Shown here: positions 1 to 9,220 of the stretch, one piece after another | Numbering within the stretch: the first letter of the stretch is position 1 | Layout of the letters: each line of letters begins with the position of its first letter | Virus record (IMG/VR): IMGVR_UViG_3300033076_001153 | Coordinates: 1 to 31,353 of that record | Origin: a virus | Lineage: Duplodnaviria; Caudoviricetes | Strand: one strand, 5' to 3' | DNA length: 31,353 bases | Made by a program: the position numbers and the translations under genes | The notes under the pieces: generated by a model | The model's database searches: none | What the model saw: only the letters and a program-made list of their open reading frames with translations | Told to the model about the DNA's origin: nothing

Positions 1-23
1 CATATTTATTATAAATTAAGACA

Positions 24-332
24 ATGGCATTATCAATCAATACAACAATCACAACCGATGAAGGATTTGAAGTTTCAAACGCAATCGGTTATTTAAACAT
101 CTACATTCTTGCTCCTGGTTCAAACTGGGTTAATTTAAACTACTACAAGTCTGAGGCAGACTGGCAGGCAGGCAAATCACCTTTGAATGTAAACATGATT
201 CCGAATCAAGTTCAAACTGAATTGACAAAAGAGGAATTTTGGGGTGATAATCTAGCAACTCTTATTCACAATAAGTGCCTTAGTAAAATTGAGGAAGTGA
301 CCGGAACAGGTACTGTTAGTATTCTTCAATAA
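24..332 (+). CDS. Hypothetical protein, probably tail-fibre associated
   Basis: 102 aa ORF preceded by TATTTATT (3-10); lies at the head of the fibre gene cluster; no recognisable catalytic motif. Confidence 0.55.
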   Translation: MALSINTTITTDEGFEVSNAIGYLNIYILAPGSNWVNLNYYKSEADWQAGKSPLNVNMIPNQVQTELTKEEFWGDNLATLIHNKCLSKIEEVTGTGTVSILQ

Positions 333-335
333 TAA

Positions 336-367
336 TTTGCCTTTTTATAAAAAACTAATTATATTAA
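336..367 (+). promoter_or_regulatory. Bacteroidota-type (-33/-7) promoter, putative early/middle class
   Basis: TTTG (336-339), 20 nt spacer, TATATTAA (360-367); same geometry as the four promoters in the replication region. Confidence 0.55.
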
Positions 368-371
368 AGTT

Positions 372-623
372 ATGGCACGTTTAAAATTAAACAAAGAGGA
401 AATTAGTACTATCCAAGAGTTACAACAACAGAATAATGACATCCTATTCCAACTTGGGGACGTTGAGGCAGGTTTGAGAAACCTTCAAAAACGTAAGGAT
501 GAGTTATTCCAAGCATGGGATGAATTGATGGCTGCTGATAAGGCATTCGGTGATGCAATCACAGAAAAATACGGTAAAGGCACCATCGACTTCCAGAAGA
601 ATGAGATTGTAACAGAAGATTAA
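372..623 (+). CDS. Small acidic coiled-coil protein, possible tail-fibre assembly chaperone
   Basis: 83 aa with heptad-like Q/E/L pattern (IQELQQQNNDILFQLGDVEAGLRNLQKRKDEL); directly upstream of the long fibre gene. Confidence 0.45.
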   Translation: MARLKLNKEEISTIQELQQQNNDILFQLGDVEAGLRNLQKRKDELFQAWDELMAADKAFGDAITEKYGKGTIDFQKNEIVTED

Positions 624-644
624 CTCTGAACTCCATTTGGTCAA

Positions 645-652
645 TATTTATA
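645..652 (+). promoter_or_regulatory. TATTTATA motif (putative late promoter)
   Basis: Exact octamer 4 nt upstream of ATG 657; recurs before many structural genes. Confidence 0.7.
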
Positions 653-656
653 TTAA

Positions 657-3299
657 ATGACCAACAATGGAATACAAATAGAGAATTCTCCTAATATTCT
701 CATAATAACAGATTCTGATCAAAATCAGATCACGGTTACTCAACCGGTTGTAAGCCTGGTTGAAGTCTCTGCTGTAGGCCCTCAGGGTCAAAAAGGAGAC
801 CAAGGTGATAGTATTTTTCAATTAGTATCCGGATCGGTATATTCAACCACTTCTTCTTTAGAGGTATCAGGGTCTTTCACGGTCTCAGGCTCTTCAACAT
901 TTAAAAACATAGGACCGGCAATATTCTCCGGGTCTGTTACGTCAACCCAAGGATTTACCGGTTCTTTGTTTGGTAGTTCATCTTATGCCTTAACGGCATC
1001 TTATGCAATGAATGGAGGTTCTGGGGGTGGTGGATTTTACATTGCTACCGGATCAGTATCTGCATCTGTAGGATTAACAACAGGGTCTTTTGTAGTAACT
1101 TCAGGAAGTTCAACTTTATTCACAGTTAATAATGCAGGAGCAATCTCAGCTTCAGCTGCTTTAATAACAGGCAACGTTGTAGTTCAAGGAACTGCTTCAA
1201 TTAATACTTTAATAGTCAATCAGACTCAGTTATCAACCGGTTCAAATCAACTAGGGGATGCTGCTAACGACTTTCAGACTTTATACGGTACTGTTACTAT
1301 TCCAACAGGGTCTTTGACCGTGACTGGTTCTATAGTAAGTACGGACGGATTTACAGGTTCCTTATTTGGAACATCTTCCTTCGCTAACACCGCTTCATAT
1401 GTTAACCCACTCCGTCAGACTGTAATTATAAGTGGATCAACTTCCATAACCGGCCCATCTACCGGAGGAGCAGGTGTACTTAATATAAATGGAACAACAC
1501 CAGGAACCACTAATGGTGATGCTTATATATACTTTAATAACAGTTATTTATTTCAACATAATCAACAAGGAGGTAGTTTTAATTTTAAACAAGGTAGTAC
1601 CTATATTTGGAATAGTAGAAATGGAAACCTACTAGTTGGAAACACAGGAACAGCCCCTTCAGCTAGATTGCATGTTTTAGGATCAGGAACAACCTCAGCC
1701 ACTACTGCTTTACTAGTTCAAAATTCAAATGCTTCTAGTTCACTAGTAGTACTTGATAGTGGGTATGTAGGAATTAATACAGGATCTGCTGCGTACAATT
1801 TAGATGTGAATGGTACAGGTAGATACGTAGACACGATTAGAATTGCTCAATCAGGATTTTTAAGAAATGCTGATATTTCTATGGGTACTAGTTTAACCAT
1901 TGGTACAAGTCATGGAGGTATTCAATTCTATTACCAAAGTAATAATATTGTTAATTTTGGTCCTTCAAACAACCAATTTTTTAAACAAACACAGATTGGA
2001 TATGGGACTTCCCTTATAACAAGAAATGCAGTGTTATCTGTCGGTGGTACAATAACAGCTTCATCATCACTTGCACAAGGGTTGCTATACGATGGCACTC
2101 TCGCAGCTTCAGCTTCAAATGATACTCTAGTAGGACTTGATATTAATCCTACGTTTACTGCAGGAGGTTTTACAGGACTTTCTAATATTGGTACTAGAGT
2201 ACAAAATGGTGGTTTATTAATAGGTACAACATTACTTAATACGGACACTCTTTCATTTCCTTTGCAGATCAATGGAAGCTCTCAGAATATTGGATCTGTT
2301 TTTAGAAACGCTCTAAGTACAGGTTATACATCATTTAGGTTTTATAATGATCAAAATGTTAACACACGAGCTATGGAGATGGGTTATGCTGGTTCAGCGT
2401 ATCCATCAGCAATTGTAACTGGAGGTGTAACCGGAGAAAGCGCTTATTTAACATCTACAGGAGCTTACCCACTACAACTAGGAACTAATAACACAGCAAG
2501 ATTTATTGTTTTTTCTAATGGTAATATTGGAATCAATACATCTACAGATTCCGGAGCTAAACTTACAGTTAAAGGAACAGGAACTACAAGTGCAACTACA
2601 GCCTTATCGGTACAAAATTCAAATGCTTCTAGTTCATTAGTCATCCTTGATAGTGGACAAGTAGGTATAGGGGTAACTAATCCAACCGGTTCTTTAACAA
2701 CAAACGGTAATATTCAAATAAACAATAACGGAGGGCTGACTTTTTATAATGCTTCAAGTATATTTAGTTCACATTACATAACAACAGGTAATGAAGTACT
2801 AACTGCAACTAGTTATAATTCATACGGTGCTTGGAAGTTTGTTGGTTATAATGTATCTATAGCTAAAAATTTAGCAGTAGGTGGTGTATTAACAGATTAT
2901 GTAGCTCCACTACAAACATTCCTAGTGAGTGGTTCCACAGTACTTAGAGGAAATACAGCAATAACAGGTTCAACTACAATTACCGGGTCCTTAGCAATAT
3001 CAGGTTCATCAGGTAACGCTCCTGCGTTAACAGTCTACAAATCCGGATCTACAGTAATGTCCATCCAGGGTTCACAAGGTGAATTATTCAGTATCACAGA
3101 TTCATTATCAGGATCTTTATTTTCTGTAAGTAATATTTCCGGTCTACCGATAGTGGAAGTATTCTCAGATGATAGTGTAGTGATGGGTAATTACGCCACA
3201 CCGGCTATGGTTATCACAGGTTCGGTAGTTAACGTTACTGGTTCATTAGTAACACAGGGTCAAACAATGGATCCTGCTTTAATTTGGTTTATGGCATAA
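657..3299 (+). CDS. Long tail fibre / fibre-like virion protein
   Basis: 880 aa, G/S/T-rich. Short collagen-like GPQGQKGDQGD, repeated (S/T)GS and GSLFGxSSxAxTASY motifs, G-x-(V/I)-G-I-(N/G)-T beta-repeat motifs typical of phage fibres. Confidence 0.75.
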   Translation: MTNNGIQIENSPNILIITDSDQNQITVTQPVVSLVEVSAVGPQGQKGDQGDSIFQLVSGSVYSTTSSLEVSGSFTVSGSSTFKNIGPAIFSGSVTSTQGFTGSLFGSSSYALTASYAMNGGSGGGGFYIATGSVSASVGLTTGSFVVTSGSSTLFTVNNAGAISASAALITGNVVVQGTASINTLIVNQTQLSTGSNQLGDAANDFQTLYGTVTIPTGSLTVTGSIVSTDGFTGSLFGTSSFANTASYVNPLRQTVIISGSTSITGPSTGGAGVLNINGTTPGTTNGDAYIYFNNSYLFQHNQQGGSFNFKQGSTYIWNSRNGNLLVGNTGTAPSARLHVLGSGTTSATTALLVQNSNASSSLVVLDSGYVGINTGSAAYNLDVNGTGRYVDTIRIAQSGFLRNADISMGTSLTIGTSHGGIQFYYQSNNIVNFGPSNNQFFKQTQIGYGTSLITRNAVLSVGGTITASSSLAQGLLYDGTLAASASNDTLVGLDINPTFTAGGFTGLSNIGTRVQNGGLLIGTTLLNTDTLSFPLQINGSSQNIGSVFRNALSTGYTSFRFYNDQNVNTRAMEMGYAGSAYPSAIVTGGVTGESAYLTSTGAYPLQLGTNNTARFIVFSNGNIGINTSTDSGAKLTVKGTGTTSATTALSVQNSNASSSLVILDSGQVGIGVTNPTGSLTTNGNIQINNNGGLTFYNASSIFSSHYITTGNEVLTATSYNSYGAWKFVGYNVSIAKNLAVGGVLTDYVAPLQTFLVSGSTVLRGNTAITGSTTITGSLAISGSSGNAPALTVYKSGSTVMSIQGSQGELFSITDSLSGSLFSVSNISGLPIVEVFSDDSVVMGNYATPAMVITGSVVNVTGSLVTQGQTMDPALIWFMA
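1668..2675 (+). repeat. Internal 38-codon duplication in the fibre gene (1668-1781 and 2562-2675)
   Basis: LHVLGSGTTSATTALLVQNSNASSSLVVLDSGYVGINT vs LTVKGTGTTSATTALSVQNSNASSSLVILDSGQVGIGV; 24 nt exact DNA match CAAAATTCAAATGCTTCTAGTTCA at 1719-1742 and 2613-2636. Confidence 0.9.
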
Positions 3300-3314
3300 A
3301 AATAAAAACAGAAT

Positions 3315-4289
3315 ATGGGAAAATTAGGATGGAACTCAGGGTATATTGGATCTGATCAAAGAGACACTGCTAGAGGAGCTGTAGGGTACAGTAAGTATTA
3401 TTTAGAGAGAACTGATGGAAGGTTTTTACCTAGTTTAACTTTTACAGGGCTATTAGACACTTATGCTGGAGCTGCAGCGGCTTATTCGGTACGTAGGTTA
3501 AACTCAAGCTACACAGGACCACTACTTAGAGTTAGACGTTCTTCAGATAACACAGAACAAGATATAAGTTACGAAGGTGCAAATTTGAATACCGCTACCC
3601 TACTAGCTTTCTGTGGATTAAGTAACGGATACGTGGTAACTTGGTATGATCAATCCGGAAACGGTAAACATGCTACACAATCAACAGCAATAAATCAACC
3701 TCAAATTGTCGCTAATGGAGGTGTAATTTATAAAAACGGAAAACCAACAATTGATTTCACAACCCAGACAGCACCGGTATCCTTAGATGCGACTATAACA
3801 AGTACAAACCCATACTGGACAGCCTTTGGTGTAATCTCACCCGGTACTATTCCAAGTATAACATACACATATGGAAGATGGATTTCTGTTGGAACACCAG
3901 GTACACAAGATTATAATAATACAAACTCCTTCCTTGGCTTTGTAACTTCTCAATCAGGGTATGGTGCTGCACCTCCGGCGGCCGTGGTGGGTTACAATAC
4001 TACCTTTGCAGGAAATACAATTTCATACAGCAATCAATATATTGTAAATGTATTAAAAACAGGTAATACAGTTAAGAGCGGTCTTAATAATGTATTAAAC
4101 AGCGGATTTACTCAAGCCGGTACATTAAGCGCCACACGATTGAGAATAGGAGCTAATATAACATGGTTAGGTGAAACTAACTCAAACTTCTACGGCACTA
4201 TCCAGGAAGTAATTTATTACCAAACAGACGAGTCAGCAAATGTGGCTGGTATAAATACAAACTTAAACGCTTACTACAATGCTTACTAA
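3315..4289 (+). CDS. ConA-like lectin / arabinofuranosidase-B-like fold virion protein (putative receptor-binding or decoration)
   Basis: AAAYSVRRLNSSYTGPLLRVRRSSDNTEQDI...VVTWYDQSGNG resembles the N-terminus of the alpha-L-arabinofuranosidase B catalytic-like domain common in phage tail proteins; LamG-like C-terminus (FYGTIQEVIYY). Confidence 0.7.
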   Translation: MGKLGWNSGYIGSDQRDTARGAVGYSKYYLERTDGRFLPSLTFTGLLDTYAGAAAAYSVRRLNSSYTGPLLRVRRSSDNTEQDISYEGANLNTATLLAFCGLSNGYVVTWYDQSGNGKHATQSTAINQPQIVANGGVIYKNGKPTIDFTTQTAPVSLDATITSTNPYWTAFGVISPGTIPSITYTYGRWISVGTPGTQDYNNTNSFLGFVTSQSGYGAAPPAAVVGYNTTFAGNTISYSNQYIVNVLKTGNTVKSGLNNVLNSGFTQAGTLSATRLRIGANITWLGETNSNFYGTIQEVIYYQTDESANVAGINTNLNAYYNAY

Positions 4290-4518
4290 CGGATACAAAT
4301 ACATAACAGAGCAAGATGCTTACAATGCCCGGGAAGCATGTGATGCTTACTACGGGATACCTGTAAGCCCAGATAGTGTAACGCAAAACTGGGTTGAATA
4401 TCAATTTGCAGAATTAAACGAACCTCAATTTTGGTATATAGTTTATAACTATACTTTAGAACCTGTTTTAGGACAACCAACAAACTTCGAAGTAATACAA
4501 CCAAATACACCTTTCTAA
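4279..4518 (+). CDS. Hypothetical protein
   Basis: 79 aa ORF overlapping the previous stop; fills the gap to the next TATTTATA. Confidence 0.6.
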   Translation: MLTNGYKYITEQDAYNAREACDAYYGIPVSPDSVTQNWVEYQFAELNEPQFWYIVYNYTLEPVLGQPTNFEVIQPNTPF

Positions 4519-4526
4519 TATTTATA
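4519..4526 (+). promoter_or_regulatory. TATTTATA motif (putative late promoter)
   Basis: Exact octamer 4 nt upstream of ATG 4531. Confidence 0.7.
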
Positions 4527-4530
4527 AAAT

Positions 4531-4923
4531 ATGCCAAATACATATAAAAACATAGGATTAAATTTAACAGCATCTATTTCAAGTAGTGCAGGATCAGGTT
4601 CGTATGCTGCCTCAGGATCATTACTAACCTGCCCTGCTAGTTCAACAGTTGTGTTAAAAAACATACAAATTGCTAATAATTCAGTAACTTCAGGTTATAC
4701 AGTCAATGCAACTGCTAACTTAATTAAATCAGGTTCAACAGCAACCTATAATTTAATTTCTTTTGGTGCAATACCGGCTTATGCTTCTTTAGACATAGTA
4801 TCTAATACTTTAGTGTTAGAAACCGGAGACAGTATACAGGTCATACTAACCGGTTCAAACCCACTAACAGGAGTATTTACAGGATCTATCTCAGCACTTG
4901 CAAGTTACATGCTAATCAATTAA
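4531..4923 (+). CDS. Small beta-sandwich virion structural protein
   Basis: 130 aa; LLTCPASSTVVLKNIQIAN...LVLETGDSIQV pattern seen in small myovirus fibre-associated proteins. Confidence 0.55.
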   Translation: MPNTYKNIGLNLTASISSSAGSGSYAASGSLLTCPASSTVVLKNIQIANNSVTSGYTVNATANLIKSGSTATYNLISFGAIPAYASLDIVSNTLVLETGDSIQVILTGSNPLTGVFTGSISALASYMLIN

Positions 4924-4931
4924 TATTTATA
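4924..4931 (+). promoter_or_regulatory. TATTTATA motif (putative late promoter)
   Basis: Exact octamer directly after the stop at 4923, 4 nt upstream of ATG 4936. Confidence 0.7.
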
Positions 4932-4935
4932 CAAT

Positions 4936-5199
4936 ATGTACAGCAATAGAGAATTTATGATTTTTTCAGTCTCTGAATTAGATCAGATTGACTTCACTCA
5001 GGTTTTAGAAACATCAGCCGACACTGTAAGAAAATCAGTTGATCAAAGTAAGACTTTCGTTAAGTGGAGTGGTGAAATGCCAGAATGTGTTAATAACTTA
5101 ACTACCAAAGAAGGCCCTTATACCTACGAAGAAATTCTAGAAATACTTTCTACTCCGGAATGGACTGATCCAAATCCTTTGATGGAAGGAGGATTGTAA
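4936..5199 (+). CDS. Hypothetical protein heading the LamG cassette
   Basis: 87 aa acidic ORF; stop 1 nt before the first LamG gene. Confidence 0.6.
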   Translation: MYSNREFMIFSVSELDQIDFTQVLETSADTVRKSVDQSKTFVKWSGEMPECVNNLTTKEGPYTYEEILEILSTPEWTDPNPLMEGGL

Positions 5200-5200
5200 G

Positions 5201-5869
5201 ATGAGTTTTCACTACTCACCCAAGGTTGTGACTAATGGATTAGTTCTGTATTTAGATGCAGGTAATCCTACGTCTTATGTAAGCGGTTCTACAAATTGGA
5301 AAGACTTAAGCAGAAGTATGACTTCTGGTTCATTAATTAATGGACCTACGTTTAGTTCTGCTAATAATGGGTCGATTGTGTTTGATGGAGTGAATGATTA
5401 TGTAACAGGTAGTAACTCTAGTAATTTCGCTTTCGGAACCGGGGACTTCACTGTATCAACTTGGGCTTATTTTAATGTTACTAATGGAATAATGGTTGAT
5501 TTGAGAACCAACCCTGTAGGAAGTGGGCCTGGATATTCTGACTATCTTCAAAATGGTAAATTTAAACTTTACTGGAGTAATGCCGATAAATATACATCAA
5601 CAGGAAGTTTAGCAATAGGAAGCTGGTACAATATAACTGTAACAAGACAATCAACAACATTATCTGTATATTTTAACGGAGTATTAGATGGTACTACATT
5701 TAACAATACTAATTTAACTGAAGGTGGATTTAGGTTAGCTACAAATATAAACGCTACAGGTTATGCTAATGAAAGAATAGCCACCGTTTTGATTTACAAA
5801 GGAAAAGCCCTTTCAGCCCAAGAAGTCCTACAAAACTATAACGCAACCAAAACACGATTTGGATTATAA
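5201..5869 (+). CDS. LamG / concanavalin A-like domain protein (paralogue 1)
   Basis: GLVLYLDAGN...IVFDGVNDYV...GDFTVSTW...WYNITVT...VYFNG...ALSAQEVLQNYNATKTRFGL. Confidence 0.85.
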   Translation: MSFHYSPKVVTNGLVLYLDAGNPTSYVSGSTNWKDLSRSMTSGSLINGPTFSSANNGSIVFDGVNDYVTGSNSSNFAFGTGDFTVSTWAYFNVTNGIMVDLRTNPVGSGPGYSDYLQNGKFKLYWSNADKYTSTGSLAIGSWYNITVTRQSTTLSVYFNGVLDGTTFNNTNLTEGGFRLATNINATGYANERIATVLIYKGKALSAQEVLQNYNATKTRFGL

Positions 5870-6546
5870 TGGCAGGAAGAATAGCATACCTAGGAAATAT
5901 CTCACCGCAGGGTCTAGTCCTAGACCTAGATGCTGGAATTAAAGGATCTTATCCTAAAACAGGATCAACTTGGTTTGATATTTCAAATAATGGAAATAAT
6001 GGAACATTAACAAATGGACCTTTGTACACTGGATCAAATTACGGGGCGATTGTATTTGACGGGGTGGATGATTGGGTTAACACTGGTGATATCTTAAATA
6101 CTACAGGGTCGTTTTCAATAACAAGTTGGATTAAAATAGTAGGTGACAGGATTTACCCTATAGTATCAAAATGGGATTCTTCTGGTGGTGCTAATAATAA
6201 AAGATTTTTTTTATTTAGAGTCAATACCACCACACTGCAGTTTTTTGATTCAAATTCAACCTTAGCTATAGGAGGAACAGTAACTTCAAATACATGGACC
6301 GAAACAACAGTAGTTATAAATGGATCAAACTCACAATTGTACATTAATGGAGTACCATCCGGAGCAACCTTCAGTCCTACACTTTCAATAAAAACAGGAG
6401 TAAATTTAGGTATAGGATGTTATTCATATTCACTAGATAATTTCTTTTCAGGAAGTATAGCAAATACTAGTATTTACAACCGAGCCTTAACCCAATCAGA
6501 AATCACCCAAAACTTTAACGCCCTAAGAGGCAGATACGGAATATGA
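5869..6546 (+). CDS. LamG / concanavalin A-like domain protein (paralogue 2)
   Basis: GLVLDLDAG...IVFDGVDDWV...SFSITSWIK...LYING...IYNRALTQSEITQNFNALRGRYGI. Confidence 0.85.
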   Translation: MAGRIAYLGNISPQGLVLDLDAGIKGSYPKTGSTWFDISNNGNNGTLTNGPLYTGSNYGAIVFDGVDDWVNTGDILNTTGSFSITSWIKIVGDRIYPIVSKWDSSGGANNKRFFLFRVNTTTLQFFDSNSTLAIGGTVTSNTWTETTVVINGSNSQLYINGVPSGATFSPTLSIKTGVNLGIGCYSYSLDNFFSGSIANTSIYNRALTQSEITQNFNALRGRYGI

Positions 6547-7202
6547 GTACACTAAACGGAGGACCAGGCAATATTGTTACTAATGGATTAGTAATGTATT
6601 TAGATGCGGCTAATTATGCTTCTTATACTTCAGGAAGTTTGACTTGGTATGATTTAACTAAGAATAATAATAGTGGGTCTTTAATTAATGGACCTATTTT
6701 CGATTCTGGAAATGCTGGATCAATTGTGTTCGATGGATCAAATGATTATATCGCTCTACCAAACGGGATACTATCAGGAACTGGAGATTTTACAGTAATA
6801 CAGTGGGTTCAATCAAACGGTAGTGCTGTAGGTACAACACTTGGTAATTACCCTGCGGGTAACTTTCAATTTGGATGGAGTCAAAACTATGTTTTTATGT
6901 ATTTAGGTAATAGTACTGCTTATGCTTCAAATAGTAATTTTACTACAGCTATTACAATGATTGCCGGGAGAAGGATAGGAATTACTACTAACTACTTAAA
7001 AAATGGAGCTGTAATATCCACAGGTAGTTCATCTATTTCAATAGGAACATCATCTACCGTTTTTAGAATGGGATTAACAACTAATGGGGGTGAAACATAC
7101 ACCGGTAAAATTTTCAATACTTTAATCTACAACAGAGGACTTTCTGATCTAGAAATACTCCAGAACTACAACGCACAAAAATCACGTTTTGGTCTTACTT
7201 AA
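6543..7202 (+). CDS. LamG / concanavalin A-like domain protein (paralogue 3)
   Basis: GLVMYLDAAN...IVFDGSNDYI...GDFTVIQW...IYNRGLSDLEILQNYNAQKSRFGL. Confidence 0.85.
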   Translation: MSTLNGGPGNIVTNGLVMYLDAANYASYTSGSLTWYDLTKNNNSGSLINGPIFDSGNAGSIVFDGSNDYIALPNGILSGTGDFTVIQWVQSNGSAVGTTLGNYPAGNFQFGWSQNYVFMYLGNSTAYASNSNFTTAITMIAGRRIGITTNYLKNGAVISTGSSSISIGTSSTVFRMGLTTNGGETYTGKIFNTLIYNRGLSDLEILQNYNAQKSRFGLT

Positions 7203-7210
7203 TATTTATA
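7203..7210 (+). promoter_or_regulatory. TATTTATA motif (putative late promoter)
   Basis: Exact octamer 7 nt upstream of ATG 7218. Confidence 0.7.
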
Positions 7211-7217
7211 ATATATT

Positions 7218-7709
7218 ATGGCTTTAACATTATCAAAAACAGGGATAACAAACGGTGGAACCATTCAGGCTTTTCATGTTACTCAATCAATAGATGCTTT
7301 CTCAAAACAAGCAGCTTATGATATTACTCTGTCAGGTTCTTTAACCTTAACCGGATCAGTAGCTTCTTATAATGGATTCACAGGTTCTTTAAAAGGGGAT
7401 ATTACGGGAGAAGCACAGACTTTAGATACTAGTTTCTACCCTAACGGTGTAGGGCCGGTTATTCAGAGTGCAAAGATAATTGCTGGAACCGCTAGATTAA
7501 ACGGAGGAGCACCCGCTACAATTGCATTCCCGATTGTCGAACTTGCAGGTAAGACCCTAGGACTTGATTGCTTTGTAACAGCAACCTTATCAGGCTCTGC
7601 ACCTTATACCGGAACAGTAAATGTAGGAACTCTAGCCGGAGGAACTTTATCGTTTACCGGAAATAACGGAAATGCAGATGTATTCCATTTCCAGGTAGTA
7701 TACTACTAA
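7218..7709 (+). CDS. Short fibre-like / collar virion protein
   Basis: 163 aa; shares the LSGSLTLTGS...GFTGSL motif with the long fibre. Confidence 0.55.
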   Translation: MALTLSKTGITNGGTIQAFHVTQSIDAFSKQAAYDITLSGSLTLTGSVASYNGFTGSLKGDITGEAQTLDTSFYPNGVGPVIQSAKIIAGTARLNGGAPATIAFPIVELAGKTLGLDCFVTATLSGSAPYTGTVNVGTLAGGTLSFTGNNGNADVFHFQVVYY

Positions 7710-7732
7710 GCATTTAAATAAAAGCCTAAGAC

Positions 7733-7740
7733 TATTTATT
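7733..7740 (+). promoter_or_regulatory. TATTTATT variant motif (putative late promoter)
   Basis: Variant octamer 5 nt upstream of ATG 7746. Confidence 0.55.
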
Positions 7741-7745
7741 AGTAT

Positions 7746-8906
7746 ATGGCTAACATCCCAATATACCCAGGTTCATCTTCCTTCTTTCCAGGAATGACCC
7801 CTTTTGGGTTTTACGACTATGATTATCAATTCCAAGTAGATGCTGACAAAGTAGCTACGTTCTGTGCAAGAAGACTTGGATACCCTATAGAAAACATAGA
7901 ATTACAGGATATTAACTTCTACACTGCCTTTGAAGAAGCAGTAACAACTTACGGAAATGAAATTTATGCCTGGAAGGTAAGACAAGACTACCTTTCTATG
8001 GAAGGAGCTTCTACAGGTTCGGTTTTAAATCACACAGTCATTCAGCCGAATTTTGCCGGAATCATCAGATTATCTAGACAGTACGGAGAAGAAATTGGGG
8101 TTGGAGGTACAGTTCCTTACTATACCGGATCAGTTTACACTACCGAAAACGAACAGCTATATGATTTAAATGCATGGGCACAGGCTTCTGCTTCATTATC
8201 AGCCGGAGATACAATTGAGATTAAGAGAGTGTTTTATGAAGCACCACCGGCAATTGTACGTTACTTCGATCCTTATGCAGGAACCGGAACCGGGATGATG
8301 AATTTATTGGATACTTTTGGTTGGGGTAATTATTCTCCGGCTATTAACTTCCTTTTAATGCCTATCAATTATGATCTTCAGAAGATTCAAGCAATTGAAT
8401 TTAACGATCAGATTAGAAAGTCACAATATTCATTTGAAATTATAAACAACAAATTAAGAATATTCCCAATACCAACCGTAACCGGAGGAAAAATATTCTT
8501 TGAATACATTAAGAACTCTGAAAGAAATAACCTTGCAGATCCTACAATGAATAACAGCGGGGTAGTTTCTAATGTTTCTAATGTACCTTACACTAATCCA
8601 ACTTATGTTCAAATCAATTCAATTGGTAGACAGTGGATTTTTGAATACACTCTAGCAATCTGTAAAGAAATGCTAGGATATGTTAGAGGAAAATATGATG
8701 CAATTCCAATCCCGGGAGCAGAAGTTAGACTTAACTCAGGAGATTTGGTAGCAGCAGCAACTGCCGAAAAGACTTTCTTAATAGAAAAACTAAGAGGACA
8801 TCTGGAAGATACTTCAAGAGATAAACTTTTAGAAAGAAGAGCAGCCGAGGCTGATTATAAACAAAAAGAATTAAACATGGTTCCACAATTAATTTACATA
8901 GGGTAA
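7746..8906 (+). CDS. Neck protein (T4 gp13-like head-tail adaptor)
   Basis: ARRLGYPIENIEL...FEEAV N-terminus and WIFEYTLAICKEMLGYVRGKY...IPGAEVRLNSGDL C-terminus resemble gp13; synteny with gp14/gp15/sheath. Confidence 0.75.
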   Translation: MANIPIYPGSSSFFPGMTPFGFYDYDYQFQVDADKVATFCARRLGYPIENIELQDINFYTAFEEAVTTYGNEIYAWKVRQDYLSMEGASTGSVLNHTVIQPNFAGIIRLSRQYGEEIGVGGTVPYYTGSVYTTENEQLYDLNAWAQASASLSAGDTIEIKRVFYEAPPAIVRYFDPYAGTGTGMMNLLDTFGWGNYSPAINFLLMPINYDLQKIQAIEFNDQIRKSQYSFEIINNKLRIFPIPTVTGGKIFFEYIKNSERNNLADPTMNNSGVVSNVSNVPYTNPTYVQINSIGRQWIFEYTLAICKEMLGYVRGKYDAIPIPGAEVRLNSGDLVAAATAEKTFLIEKLRGHLEDTSRDKLLERRAAEADYKQKELNMVPQLIYIG

Positions 8907-9220
8907 TGAAGTTAACACAGCTATTAAAAGAAATACAATTTTCAATGTACCAGACTTTGGTTTATGTTGAGTTTGATGATACAACCAATATAACCGATGT
9001 TGCACAATTAATCAGAAGCGTTAAGTATGTTACCGTTGTAAATAATAAGACCGATAAGGAAGATTTAGAACCTAGAGGCTTACTTGAGATTAAAGCAGTA
9101 ACAACCAAAACCGGAACTGAAACTTTTGAAGCAATCAGAGCAGAAGCTCTAAAAATGATCCCAGAATTAAAAAAATTCAAATACAGCACCAAACAACTAC
9201 ATAAGGTAGAAGAACTATAA
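8906..9220 (+). CDS. Hypothetical protein with MKLxxLLxE leader
   Basis: 104 aa, TAATG-coupled on both sides; N-terminus MKLTQLLKEI resembles that of the kinase at 14626. Confidence 0.6.
   Translation: MKLTQLLKEIQFSMYQTLVYVEFDDTTNITDVAQLIRSVKYVTVVNNKTDKEDLEPRGLLEIKAVTTKTGTETFEAIRAEALKMIPELKKFKYSTKQLHKVEEL

Noticed and set aside
777-809. Collagen domain in the fibre protein
   Set aside because: Only about four Gly-X-Y triplets, too short to call a domain; noted as fibre evidence only.
5201-7202. Possible diversity-generating retroelement target among the lectin-like genes
   Set aside because: No reverse transcriptase in the window and no near-identical repeat pair differing only at adenines; paralogue differences affect all bases.
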